A DNA stretch of 32,000 nt from Candidatus Electronema halotolerans (GTDB taxonomy: Bacteria > Desulfobacterota > Desulfobulbia > Desulfobulbales > Desulfobulbaceae): positions 210,001 to 242,000 of the forward strand of contig OW818675.1 of assembly GCA_942493095.1 (NCBI GenBank). The letters run 5' to 3'. A model generated the notes under the pieces. It searched no databases, was not told the DNA's origin, and was given only the letters and a program-made list of their open reading frames with translations. The position numbers were made by a program, and so were the translations under genes. This document shows positions 1 to 9,037 of this stretch, one piece after another. Each line of letters opens with the position of its first letter. Position 1 is the first letter of the stretch.

Positions 1-101
1 AGCACATATTCTGTCTGCGCATACCTGCCGCAGCCGCTCAGAGCCAGCATGATGCCAGCTGCCGCCGCCAGACTCCAAAAATGACCTTTATTGATCTTCA
101 T
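1..101 (-). CDS. Lipoprotein N-terminus (partial, runs off the left edge)
   Basis: Reverse-strand reading from 101: MKINKGHFWSLAAAAGIMLALSGCGRYAQTEYV. Basic n-region, hydrophobic core and an LSGC lipobox; GGAGG about 9 nt upstream of the ATG. Confidence 0.75.
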   Translation of the reverse strand, partial: MKINKGHFWSLAAAAGIMLALSGCGRYAQTEYV

Positions 102-161
102 CTTCTCGTTCCTCCATTGCGTTGTGTTGTGGAACTGTGCCATGCGGCACAGGCGTTGTGG

Positions 162-635
162 TCACAGATGTTTTTTGACCAAATCGTAAAGACAGCCGCT
201 GGTTTCCTCAACCACCCGCACGCAGTGCTGGCGGCGGCTGTTCGGGTCAGTGCGGAACTGCCGCACGGCTTCATTGTCCTGCCAGTCAACCTTGGCAATA
301 TCAGCGCAGTTGATGCTGCCATATTCCGCCGTAATTCTGGCGAATTCCTTGAGCATCTCCTCTCCGATCCGGTTCATCTGCCGATGATTCATTCCTTTGG
401 GTGTGGTCTTGCCCAAAGCGAAACCAATGGTTGCCAAGGCTCCGGTGAGCGCGCCGCAGACTTGGCTGCTGCCAACCATGCCGGAGGCGAACGGTGCCAT
501 TGCGGCGATGAGTTCCTGCGGCGGCGGCTCCTCCCGGAACAGTCCGGCGCAAGCGCACAGCACGGCCTGGCTGCAATGAAATCCGTCTGCAAACAGTGCT
601 GCGGCTTTGGCTGCTGTGTCCTTCCGTCCTTCCAT
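162..635 (-). CDS. C_GCAxxG_C_C family putative redox protein
   Basis: MEGRKDTAAKAAALFADGFHCSQAVLCACAG...VCGALTGALATIGFALG...CVRVVEETSGCLYDLV has the spaced-Cys signature of this family. The ATG at 635 is preceded by AAGGAGA; the longer ORF to 857 is probably over-extended. Confidence 0.75.
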   Translation of the reverse strand: MEGRKDTAAKAAALFADGFHCSQAVLCACAGLFREEPPPQELIAAMAPFASGMVGSSQVCGALTGALATIGFALGKTTPKGMNHRQMNRIGEEMLKEFARITAEYGSINCADIAKVDWQDNEAVRQFRTDPNSRRQHCVRVVEETSGCLYDLVKKHL

Positions 636-765
636 CTTATTTCTCCTTGCACCCAAGTTGAATTTATTATACCATGCGTTCCGTGTGAAATCCAAAAAAG
701 AAGTTGCAGGCAGCCTTGCGGCATGATACCGGGAGGAGAAAGTTCCTGCAAGCCTGATTCCTGCC

Positions 766-1010
766 ATGCCGAGCTTGGCGGATGCAGGCAAACTCTGGCT
801 CTTTGGTTCTGTCGCTGAAAGGCGGAGTTTTCCTTTTTTAAGAAGCTGGAACTGCATGGCGACTGCTGCCGCGCCCTGAAACGCAGCGATGTGGATTTAG
901 TTGCGCTCAATCAGACCCGCAATCAGGCTGTGCTGGATGATTTTTATCTCCGCACCCTTCATGCGGCAATTGATTTCAGGGAGCAGCGGCGCAGAATAAT
1001 GGGCGTATGA
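766..1010 (+). pseudogene. Decayed MNT-type nucleotidyltransferase (MntA-like antitoxin) remnant
   Basis: One frame reads MPSLADAGKLWLFGSVAERR (GS motif). A different frame continues ...GDCCRALKRSDVDLVALNQTRNQAVLDDFYLRTLHAAIDFREQRRRIMGV* (DxD motif and C-terminus), so a frameshift lies between them. Confidence 0.6.
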
Positions 1011-1258
1011 ATGAGAGAACGCATTCGGCGGATTCCTGCATCAATCTTGCGGAAATGCTGATCAATCAACAAGAGCTGCGCCCGCCGCAATCCTATCATG
1101 AGGTGTTTGACATCCTCGGAGAGGCAGGCGTGCTGGATGCTGAATTTGCGTATTCCTTTGCCAAGATTGCCGGATTTCGCAACTTTCTTGCTCACGACTA
1201 CGAGACAGTTGATGCTGAGGTGATCTGTCAGCAGGTGCTGCGGCAGGCCGGGGTGTGA
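1007..1258 (+). pseudogene. Truncated HepT/DUF86-like HEPN protein
   Basis: ...SCINLAEMLINQQELRPPQSYHEVFDILGEAGVLDAEFAYSFAKIAGFRNFLAHDYETVDAEVI... matches the HepT core (RNFLAHDY = Rx4HxY). About 35-50 N-terminal residues and the C-terminal tail are missing relative to typical HepT. Start codon overlaps the preceding stop (ATGA). Confidence 0.65.
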
Positions 1259-1399
1259 GAAAAAACGGGATGCGGCAAAAAAAAACTTGCGTTCTGGCAG
1301 ATTGCAATATACGATACTTCCCTTGCTCGTCAGCTCTTCATTTCGCAAACTTTTGCTGCATTCGCCTTGGCCGGAGCGGTGCGAGTGTCATATCACAAA

Positions 1400-1714
1400 A
1401 TGAGGGCCATGCGGCTGCTTGACTCCCAAATTGCCAGCATCAGAACCATAGTCCCTCAGTATGCCGGGAAGGGCTGCCGGGTTTATCTGTTTGGTTCCCG
1501 TCTTGATGATGCGGCGCGAGGCGGTGATGTTGATCTGTTGATCGAAACGCCTCAGCAGCTGCCTCTGATGCAGCGTGTCCGTATGAAAATGGCGATAGAA
1601 GCGGCACTTGGTCTGCCAGTTGATCTGGTTGTGCGGGAGGAAAACCAAACTCCGACGGCGTTTCAGCGGCTTGCGAAATTGCGTTCAACACTGCTCATGG
1701 ACGAAGGCGCATGA
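1400..1714 (+). CDS. Minimal nucleotidyltransferase (MNT/MntA-like), putative antitoxin
   Basis: VYLFGSRLDDAARGGDVDLLIE = GSx(9-10)DxD NTase signature. The ORF opens at a TTG at 1367; ATG 1400 or 1409 is more plausible. Overlaps the next gene by ATGA. Confidence 0.8.
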   Translation: MRAMRLLDSQIASIRTIVPQYAGKGCRVYLFGSRLDDAARGGDVDLLIETPQQLPLMQRVRMKMAIEAALGLPVDLVVREENQTPTAFQRLAKLRSTLLMDEGA

Positions 1715-2280
1715 TGAAGACCTTGACAGATGAATACCGCAGCCATCTGGCCGAAATGCTGGCCGCAGTTGAGCGGTGCGTGTATTTTCTTGACGGCTCC
1801 TGCGCACGGATAAGCTGGCCGCTGACAGGAGATGTGCTGGCAGGGCGCAAGAAGGAAGTGGAATTGTTCATGGCTCTTTCCGCTGTCAATGAACGATTTG
1901 CGAAATTGCAGGACACGCTGGGGGCGGCAATGCGTCATGCCGCCCTGCTGGCCGGTGAATCTTCGGACACCTTTATTCGGGTTCTGTCCCATTTCGAGAA
2001 GGTCGGAGTTCTTTCCTCCATCGCTGACTGGCAGGAAATGCGCGCCTTGAGAAATTCGGCAGCGCATGAATACGGGACAGATTACAATAAAACCGCAGAG
2101 CATTTCAACACCTTGCACGAGCTGTCCGTCCGTCTCTACCAAGTCGCCGATCTCTTTGCCGCCTACTGCCGCGAAAGGCTCGGCGTTGAGCTTGGAAGAA
2201 CTGAATTCACGGAGGATGTTGCCAGCATCTTCAAGCGGAATAGGCTGAACCAAGACGTGGCAATGACAACAGGGAGCTAA
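1711..2280 (+). CDS. HEPN-domain (HepT-like) putative toxin, divergent
   Basis: 189 aa; MRALRNSAAHEYGTDY carries RNSAAHEY, matching Rx4HxY. Translationally coupled to an upstream MNT NTase. Confidence 0.7.
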   Translation: MMKTLTDEYRSHLAEMLAAVERCVYFLDGSCARISWPLTGDVLAGRKKEVELFMALSAVNERFAKLQDTLGAAMRHAALLAGESSDTFIRVLSHFEKVGVLSSIADWQEMRALRNSAAHEYGTDYNKTAEHFNTLHELSVRLYQVADLFAAYCRERLGVELGRTEFTEDVASIFKRNRLNQDVAMTTGS

Positions 2281-2290
2281 CTGCGCAGAT

Positions 2291-3139
2291 ATGGAAAAGC
2301 TGATCCGGTTTGACTGGGCGATCAAGCAGCTCCTGCGCGACAAGGCCAATTTTTCCGTGCTGGAAGGCTTTCTCAGCGCGGTGCTGGATGAGGATGTGAC
2401 GGTTGTCAATCTTTTGGAGAGCGAGAGCAATCAGGAGGACAGCCTTGACAAATTCAACCGGGTTGGCCTGTTAGTTGAGAACAGCAGGCAGGAGCTGCTG
2501 CTGATTGAGGTGCAGGTGAAGTCGGAATACGACTTCTTCCACCGCATCGCCTACGGCGTGGCCAAGCTGATGAGCGAGTATTTGCAGCAAGGGCAGCCGT
2601 ACCGCGACATCAAAAAGATCATTTCGGTCAGCGTCACCTATTTTAGCCTTGGCTTTGGCAAAGATTACCTGTATTATGGCTCCACCAACTTTGTCGGCCT
2701 GCACGCGGGCGACACCCTCGCGCTGACCAAGAGGCAGCAGGAGCTGTTTGGCCTCAGCGAGGTGCGGAAGATTTTCCCGGAGCATTATCTCATCCGGGTC
2801 GCAGATTTCCCTGACAAGGTGGAATCGGCTTTGGATGAATGGATTTACATGCTCAAGCACAGCGAGGTGAGGCCTGAGTTCCGAGCGCGGCGCATCCAAG
2901 AGGCTTCTGAAAAGCTGCGGGTTATGAATCTGCAAGAGCCGCAGCGCAAGGCCTATGATGCGTACATGCAGAACATGTCGTATCAGCAGTCCATGCTCTG
3001 GTCCTCCCGCGAGGAGGGACGGCGCGAAGAAAAAATTGCTATTGCCCGCAACCTGCTGGAGCATGGTGCCACGCCGGAGCTTGTTGCCGCCAGCACAGGC
3101 TTGTCGTTCGAGGAGATTGACAGCTTGCGGCAGTGCTGA
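2291..3139 (+). CDS. Rpn-family/PD-(D/E)XK (PDDEXK_2) transposase-like nuclease protein
   Basis: 282 aa; LLESESNQEDSLDKFNRVGLLVENSRQELLLIEVQVKSEYDFFHR...FGKDYLYYGSTNFVGLHAGDTL...LF and a C-terminal REEGRREEKIAIARNLLEHGATPELVAASTGLSFEEI helix, typical of this family. Confidence 0.8.
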   Translation: MEKLIRFDWAIKQLLRDKANFSVLEGFLSAVLDEDVTVVNLLESESNQEDSLDKFNRVGLLVENSRQELLLIEVQVKSEYDFFHRIAYGVAKLMSEYLQQGQPYRDIKKIISVSVTYFSLGFGKDYLYYGSTNFVGLHAGDTLALTKRQQELFGLSEVRKIFPEHYLIRVADFPDKVESALDEWIYMLKHSEVRPEFRARRIQEASEKLRVMNLQEPQRKAYDAYMQNMSYQQSMLWSSREEGRREEKIAIARNLLEHGATPELVAASTGLSFEEIDSLRQC

Positions 3140-3196
3140 AGGAAATTGCAGGAGCTATGAAGCTCTGCCTGAGCGGAGTCGAAGGCGGCAGATAGG

Positions 3197-4321
3197 ATGA
3201 AAACAATCCTTGTTGTCTTTGGCACCCGTCCTGAAGCCATTAAAATGGCTCCTTTGGTTCATGCTCTGCAAGGTGAGCCGCATTTTGCCGTCCGGGTTTG
3301 TGTGACTGCCCAGCACCGGCAGATGTTGGATCAGGTGCTGGATTTGTTTGCGATCAAGCCGAATTATGATTTGAATATCATGCAGCCGGGACAAGGATTG
3401 CATGATATTACCGTCAGTATTTTGCAAGGCATCAAGTCGGTGTTGGAAGATTGCAAGCCGGATGTGATGCTGGTGCATGGCGACACAACCACGGCTTTGG
3501 CCGCATCTTTGGCAGCGTTTTATCAAAAGATTCCTGTTGGCCATGTCGAAGCTGGGCTGCGCACCGGCAATTTGCTTTCGCCGTGGCCAGAGGAGGCGAA
3601 CCGCAAGCTGGCAGGGGTGCTGGCTGCGCATCATTTTGCCCCGACAGAAAAAGCGCGGCAGAATTTGCTGCGGGAGTCGGTGAAGCCGGAGCAGATCACC
3701 GTCACCGGCAATACCGTCATTGATGCGCTGCTGTGGGTGAAGGAGAAGATTGAACAGGATGCAGTTCTGCGCACTGAGTTGGACAGCAGATATTCTTTTC
3801 TTGATCCGGCAAAACGTCTGCTGTTGGTGACAGGGCATCGCCGGGAGAGTTTCGGCAGTGGCTTTGAGCGCATCTGTCAGGCGTTGCGGCAGATTGCTGT
3901 TGAACATGATAATGTGCAAATTGTTTATCCGGTGCATCTCAATCCCAAGGTGCGGGAACCGGTGGAGCGGCTGTTGCAAGGCGTGGAGAATATTTATCTG
4001 CTTGAGCCGCAAGAGTATCTGCCTTTTGTGTATTTGATGATGCGCTCTTGTTTGATTCTGACCGATTCAGGCGGCATTCAGGAAGAGGCTCCGTCTTTAG
4101 GCAAGCCTGTGTTGGTGATGCGGGAGGTGACGGAACGGCCAGAGGCGGTGGAAGCGGGAACGGTGAAGTTGGTTGGCACGGATGTTGAGGTGATTGTGCG
4201 GGCAGTGGGTGCGCTTTTAGCGGATGAGGTGGAGTATAGAGTTATGAGTTTGGCGCATAATCCGTATGGGGATGGCAAGGCTTGCGGGCGTATTGTTGAC
4301 GAGTTGAAGGCAGGTTTATAA
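3197..4321 (+). CDS. wecB: UDP-N-acetylglucosamine 2-epimerase (non-hydrolysing)
   Basis: [24 protein letters not shown]...[33 protein letters not shown]...[30 protein letters not shown]. Confidence 0.95.
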   Translation: MKTILVVFGTRPEAIKMAPLVHALQGEPHFAVRVCVTAQHRQMLDQVLDLFAIKPNYDLNIMQPGQGLHDITVSILQGIKSVLEDCKPDVMLVHGDTTTALAASLAAFYQKIPVGHVEAGLRTGNLLSPWPEEANRKLAGVLAAHHFAPTEKARQNLLRESVKPEQITVTGNTVIDALLWVKEKIEQDAVLRTELDSRYSFLDPAKRLLLVTGHRRESFGSGFERICQALRQIAVEHDNVQIVYPVHLNPKVREPVERLLQGVENIYLLEPQEYLPFVYLMMRSCLILTDSGGIQEEAPSLGKPVLVMREVTERPEAVEAGTVKLVGTDVEVIVRAVGALLADEVEYRVMSLAHNPYGDGKACGRIVDELKAGL

Positions 4322-4351
4322 CGATGGTTGGTAAAAAAATCTAAATATCAG

Positions 4352-5476
4352 ATGACCAGCAAGCCTATTTATGTTACCCAGCCATATCTTCCGCCGATAG
4401 AAGAGTTCATCCCTTATCTCAAGAAGATATGGGACAACAAGATTCTTACCAATAACGGCCCGTTTCATCAGCAGTTCGAGCAGGAGTTATGTGAATATTT
4501 GGGTATTAAGCATCTTTCTCTGTTTGCTAATGGCACTATTGCATTGGTGACGGCTCTACAGACCCTCCGAATTACAGGCGAGGTCATAACCACCCCTTAT
4601 TCATTTGTCGCCACAGCTCATTCATTGCTCTGGAATAATATAAAACCAGTGTTTGTGGATATTGATCCAAAAACCTGCAATCTTGATCCTGATCACATTG
4701 AGGAAGCTATCACGCCGCAGACAACCGCTATCCTGCCGGTTCACTGCTACGGTATTCCTTGCGCTGTCGAGCGCATTCAGCAGATTGCTGATATTTATGG
4801 TTTAAAAGTAATTTATGATGCCGCCCATGCTTTTGGTGTGCGGTATAAGGGTGAAAGTTTGCTCCGGCATGGTGACTTAGCTGTACTCAGTTTTCATGCA
4901 ACAAAAGTGTTCAATACTTTTGAGGGCGGGGCGATTGTCTGCCAAGATGCCAAGACCAAACAGCGCATAGACTATCTGAAAAATTTTGGTTTTGCTGATG
5001 AAGTGACTGTGACTGCGCCCGGAATCAACGGCAAGATGAGCGAAGTTAATGCAGCTTTAGGGCTGCTCCAGCTCAAATATATTGACATGGCAATTGCGCG
5101 GCGCAAGGAAATAGAGACTTATTATCGTGAAGCGTTAGCTGATGTTAAAGGCATCTCAATGCTTCCTGTTACTGAGGATACTCAAGGAAATGCCTCATAC
5201 TTTCCTATTTTTGTGAATGAAGAGTATCCAATCAGCCGTGATGCGTTATATCAGAAGATGAAAGATGCGGGAATGCACGGACGCAGATATTTTTATCCAC
5301 TGATAAGCGATATGACAATGTATAGGGGGCTGCCGAGTGCAAGACCGGAAAGATTGCTGGTGGCCAAAAACATAACCGAAAGGGTAATTTGTTTGCCTGT
5401 TTATCCAATGCTGGCGGACTTTGAAGTCAGACGTGTTGCTTGCTCCATTATACCATCAAAAAGTGGTGATAAATGA
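4352..5476 (+). CDS. DegT/DnrJ/EryC1/StrS family PLP-dependent sugar aminotransferase
   Basis: NGPFHQQFEQELCEYLGIKHLSLFANGTIAL...FVDIDPKTCNLD...VIYDAAHAFGVRY...LSFHATKVFNTFEGG. ORF extends to a TTG at 4328; ATG 4352 is more likely. Confidence 0.92.
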   Translation: MTSKPIYVTQPYLPPIEEFIPYLKKIWDNKILTNNGPFHQQFEQELCEYLGIKHLSLFANGTIALVTALQTLRITGEVITTPYSFVATAHSLLWNNIKPVFVDIDPKTCNLDPDHIEEAITPQTTAILPVHCYGIPCAVERIQQIADIYGLKVIYDAAHAFGVRYKGESLLRHGDLAVLSFHATKVFNTFEGGAIVCQDAKTKQRIDYLKNFGFADEVTVTAPGINGKMSEVNAALGLLQLKYIDMAIARRKEIETYYREALADVKGISMLPVTEDTQGNASYFPIFVNEEYPISRDALYQKMKDAGMHGRRYFYPLISDMTMYRGLPSARPERLLVAKNITERVICLPVYPMLADFEVRRVACSIIPSKSGDK

Positions 5477-6639
5477 AAAATGTTCTTTTAGTGGATACAA
5501 ATTTTTCTGCCGCTCCTCTTTATAATTATATAAATGAAAAAGGATTTAATGTTTTTGTCTGCGGTGGGAATCCTTTTGATTATTTAGCTAAAGCAGTTAA
5601 TAACTATATCAAACTGGATTATTCTGATATAGATAATTTATTTAAAATTAGTAAAGAATTACAGATTGATTATATTGTTCCAGGGTGCAATGATTTATCA
5701 TATCAGGTATGCGCTCGACTTAACAAGAAAAAATATTTTTTTGGTATAGATGCGCCTGAAACAGCGCAGTTGATTAATAACAAGAAAAAATTTAGAAAAA
5801 TCGCAACTAATCTTGGACTTCCTGTACCTAAAATTTTTTCTCATGATAATTTGAGTGCGTTTTGGCCAGTTATTGTCAAACCGGTTGACGCATACAGCGG
5901 TCGAGGAGTCACCGTAGTCCGTGAGAGTGAACAAGAGAAGCTGCCAAGTGCGATTCAGAAGGCAGAAAAATTTTCACGAACTGGTACCTGCGTCATTGAA
6001 GAATATGTCGAAGGCCAATTGTATAGTCATTCCGCCTTCATCGCGGATAGAAAAATATTAGCTGATTTTATCGTAGAGGAGCATAGCACGGCAAATTCTT
6101 TTGTTGTGGACACCAGTCGAGTAATTTACGATTTTCCAAAGGAAATACTGCTACGCATCCGAAAGATAATTCAGCTATTGGCGAGCAAGCTTAATTTGGT
6201 TGATGGATTGATTCACACGCAGTTTATCAAAAATGAAGACGTATTCTGGCTGATTGAAATAACTAGGCGATGCCCAGGAGATTTATACAGCAAGCTGATT
6301 GAAAGTTCTACTGCGTTTCCTTACGTTGAGTCGTATGTCAGACCATTTTTAAATCAGCCGGTCATGTTTGAAAACAGCATCAAGCAAACACAATATTATG
6401 TGCTTAGACATACAATTTCACAGCCATCAGGAAATTTATTCAGTTCAATCCGATTTAATCGGTCTGTTGAAATTGAGAATTTAATTTTTTTGGCTTTATC
6501 TGGTGATAATGTTAAAGAAAGTCCTTTTGGACGTATCGCTCTTCTGTTTGCTAAAGCGAACTCTGAAGAAGAACTGTGCGGATTGATGGATTCCGCTCTA
6601 AAAAGAGAACTGTACAAAATTAATTCAAATATTTTTTAA
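5473..6639 (+). CDS. ATP-grasp domain protein (carbamoyl-phosphate synthase large-chain-like ligase fold)
   Basis: PVIVKPVDAYSGRGVTVVRE...CVIEEYVEGQLYSHSAFI...FWLIEITRRCPGDLY; ATGA overlap with the upstream aminotransferase. Confidence 0.85.
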   Translation: MKNVLLVDTNFSAAPLYNYINEKGFNVFVCGGNPFDYLAKAVNNYIKLDYSDIDNLFKISKELQIDYIVPGCNDLSYQVCARLNKKKYFFGIDAPETAQLINNKKKFRKIATNLGLPVPKIFSHDNLSAFWPVIVKPVDAYSGRGVTVVRESEQEKLPSAIQKAEKFSRTGTCVIEEYVEGQLYSHSAFIADRKILADFIVEEHSTANSFVVDTSRVIYDFPKEILLRIRKIIQLLASKLNLVDGLIHTQFIKNEDVFWLIEITRRCPGDLYSKLIESSTAFPYVESYVRPFLNQPVMFENSIKQTQYYVLRHTISQPSGNLFSSIRFNRSVEIENLIFLALSGDNVKESPFGRIALLFAKANSEEELCGLMDSALKRELYKINSNIF

Positions 6640-6653
6640 GCTAAACAGATTCA

Positions 6654-7784
6654 ATGGGTTTTACTCCTCTTGCTCCTCTTCGTGCAGGCATTATCGGTGG
6701 CTCACTCAATTCGGCAGTTGGCTACACGCATTTTAACGCCAGCCGATTGGATGGCCATTTTCTAGTGGAAGCAGGCTGTTTCAGCAGAGATGCTCAACAA
6801 AATGAAAATTCTGCACGAATTTATGGTGTTTCACCTGAGAGGATTTACAGTCGTTGGCAGCAGCTTCTTGAACAAGAGGGGGAGAGACTGGATGCTGTTG
6901 TTGTTTTGACACCAACACCTGCCCATGCTGAAATTGTTACTGCTGCTCTTGAATTCGGTTATCCTGTTATATGTGAAAAAGCTCTGGGGGTTTGCAGTGA
7001 AGAATGTCGTCGTATTGATCAAATAATAAAAGAAAAGGATGGTTTTTTAGCAGTGACGTATAATTATTCAGGCTATCCTATGGTGCGGGAATTACGCAGG
7101 ATGATTTCAGAAGGCCGTTTAGGTGAACTTCAGCAAATTCATATTGAGATGCCTCAAGAAGGTTTTTTGCGGCGGGCGGCACAACCTCAGGCGTGGCGTT
7201 GCAAAGATTATGCAGTTCCCACTGTATCACTTGATTTGGGTGTTCATGTTCATCACTTGATTGATTTTTTAACTGGCGGGAAAAAACCGCAACAGATTGT
7301 CGGAGATCAGTCAAGTTATGGGCCATTTCATGGTGTCGTTGATAATGTTTACTGTCTTGCGCGTTATCAAGACAATTTGCGCGTGCAGGCTTGGTGGGGA
7401 AAAACCGCATTGGGACAGAGGAATGGTTTGCGTGTACGGGTTTTTGGCAGCAAGGCTGCGGCTGAGTGGTATCAAATGGAGCCGGAAGATTTGCGTTGGT
7501 CAGATGATGATGGGCACCATTTCATGATAGACCGAGGTTCCGGGGAAGCCGAGACAGCAAGGCAGCTTCGTTATAATCGGTTTAAAGCAGGGCATCCATC
7601 TGGTTTTATAGAGGCATTTGCTAATTTATATGCAGATATTGCGGAAGCCCTTCGGACGTATAAAAAAACTGGTGCAATAACGAATGATTTTGTTTACAGT
7701 GCAGCCCACGCTCAGGACGGGCTGTATTTTCTGGAAACTGTCAGCAGGTCTGCTGAACAAAAATGCTGGCTCGCTCTCCCTTGA
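6654..7784 (+). CDS. Gfo/Idh/MocA family oxidoreductase
   Basis: AGIIGGSLNSAVGYTH...VVLTPTPAHAEIVTAALEFGYPVICEKALG...DLGVHVHHLIDFLTG. Confidence 0.85.
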   Translation: MGFTPLAPLRAGIIGGSLNSAVGYTHFNASRLDGHFLVEAGCFSRDAQQNENSARIYGVSPERIYSRWQQLLEQEGERLDAVVVLTPTPAHAEIVTAALEFGYPVICEKALGVCSEECRRIDQIIKEKDGFLAVTYNYSGYPMVRELRRMISEGRLGELQQIHIEMPQEGFLRRAAQPQAWRCKDYAVPTVSLDLGVHVHHLIDFLTGGKKPQQIVGDQSSYGPFHGVVDNVYCLARYQDNLRVQAWWGKTALGQRNGLRVRVFGSKAAAEWYQMEPEDLRWSDDDGHHFMIDRGSGEAETARQLRYNRFKAGHPSGFIEAFANLYADIAEALRTYKKTGAITNDFVYSAAHAQDGLYFLETVSRSAEQKCWLALP

Positions 7785-7811
7785 TCCCCTGATTTGCAAA
7801 AGAGAATTATC

Positions 7812-8888
7812 ATGACTGACACCTCGCGTTCTCCCACCTCGCTGAAGGCTTCTGATTTTTATAAAAAGTTCCTCTCTGAAAGCAGAAGGAAACGATATCT
7901 TTTAGGTATTAATGAGTATTCATCGTGTATCGCAAGAGAAATAAACATTGATGGCTTCATTGATGACTATACTGAAAGCACAGCATGGATGGACAGGCCA
8001 ATTGTGCGGATTTCCGCAGTTGAATCGGACAGCTTGATAGTTTCATGTGTCACCGCTAACCGGTCGGTTACTGCTTTGAGGAGACTTCATCAGGCAGGTA
8101 ATACAACTTGCTGCGATTATTTCTCTTTTGCCGATGCAAGTGAAGGAAAGTTTTCCCAAGTCGCGGCAGTTACTGAAACTCGCAAAGATTACAAGGAGCA
8201 TGCTGTTGAATATCAATGGATACGAAAACAGCTATATGATGAAGAGTCCCAATATGTATTTGACCGAATAATGCAGTTTCGATTAGAAGCCGATCTTCAA
8301 CCCATGAAACAATTTGAATACGCTGCGGAACGACAGTATTTTGAACCCTTTCTTCAGCTTGTGCCTGGTGAGGTTTTTGTTGACGGTGGAGGGTTTGACG
8401 GACTGACTACCTTGGAATTTGCCGCACGTTGCCCTAATTACAGTGCTGTTCATTTTTTTGAACCCTCGGTAGAGACACTTGCTACTGCAAAGAATAAACT
8501 GTCATGTTTAGAGCGTGTTTACTATTATCCGCTCGGATTGTATGATGCAGCAGATACTCTGCACTTTGATTCCAGTTCCGGTTCAGCCAGCAGTATCTGT
8601 GAAGACGGTGAGGAAACGATACAGGTTGCACGGTTAGATGATGTGATACAGGATGCTGTCAGTTTCATCAAGTTAGATTTGGAAGGTGCTGAAATTGCTG
8701 CCCTTAAAGGAATGGAACAGCACATATTGACTGACCATCCGAAGCTTGCCGTTGCGGTCTATCATCGTGCGTCTGATTTTTGGCGTATACCTCAGTATAT
8801 TCTTGGCCTGAGAGACGATTACAAGGTATATCTTCGGCACTACACAGAGGGATGGACCGAAACAGTGATGTTTTTTATTCCGAGGTAA
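7812..8888 (+). CDS. FkbM family methyltransferase with N-terminal extension domain
   Basis: VPGEVFVDGGGFDGLTTLEFA...VHFFEPSVETLATAKNKL...VARLDDVIQDAVSFIKLDLEGAEIAALKGMEQ. TTG at 7794 possible, ATG 7812 more likely. Confidence 0.88.
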   Translation: MTDTSRSPTSLKASDFYKKFLSESRRKRYLLGINEYSSCIAREINIDGFIDDYTESTAWMDRPIVRISAVESDSLIVSCVTANRSVTALRRLHQAGNTTCCDYFSFADASEGKFSQVAAVTETRKDYKEHAVEYQWIRKQLYDEESQYVFDRIMQFRLEADLQPMKQFEYAAERQYFEPFLQLVPGEVFVDGGGFDGLTTLEFAARCPNYSAVHFFEPSVETLATAKNKLSCLERVYYYPLGLYDAADTLHFDSSSGSASSICEDGEETIQVARLDDVIQDAVSFIKLDLEGAEIAALKGMEQHILTDHPKLAVAVYHRASDFWRIPQYILGLRDDYKVYLRHYTEGWTETVMFFIPR

Positions 8889-9037
8889 CTTTTGTTCAAC
8901 TGGCAGTTTATGCGGCCAAAGGTCAACTTGCTGTAATAATTGAACTCATATTTTCAACTGCGTAAGTTCTAAATATTTTATTTGATTGATCACTCATAGC
9001 TCACCATTACCTAAAAAAACTACCGAACCATTGATCC

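Noticed and set aside
81-818. 245-aa + strand ORF in the ORF track
   Set aside because: It runs antisense to the C_GCAxxG_C_C gene (162-635), which has a good start, RBS and family signature. The + strand translation has no recognisable domain.
1663-2430. 255-aa minus strand ORF over the HEPN region
   Set aside because: Antisense to two overlapping + strand genes with domain motifs; no recognisable product.
2291-3139. Treating the MNT-HEPN-Rpn group as a confirmed new defence island
   Set aside because: Only one clear toxin-antitoxin type pair plus an Rpn-like protein are present. No replication-, sensor- or effector-type partner, and co-occurrence cannot be tested here, so it is kept as a hypothesis only.
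3155-4012. 285-aa minus strand ORF
   Set aside because: Antisense to the clearly coding wecB; a shadow ORF caused by high-GC codon structure.
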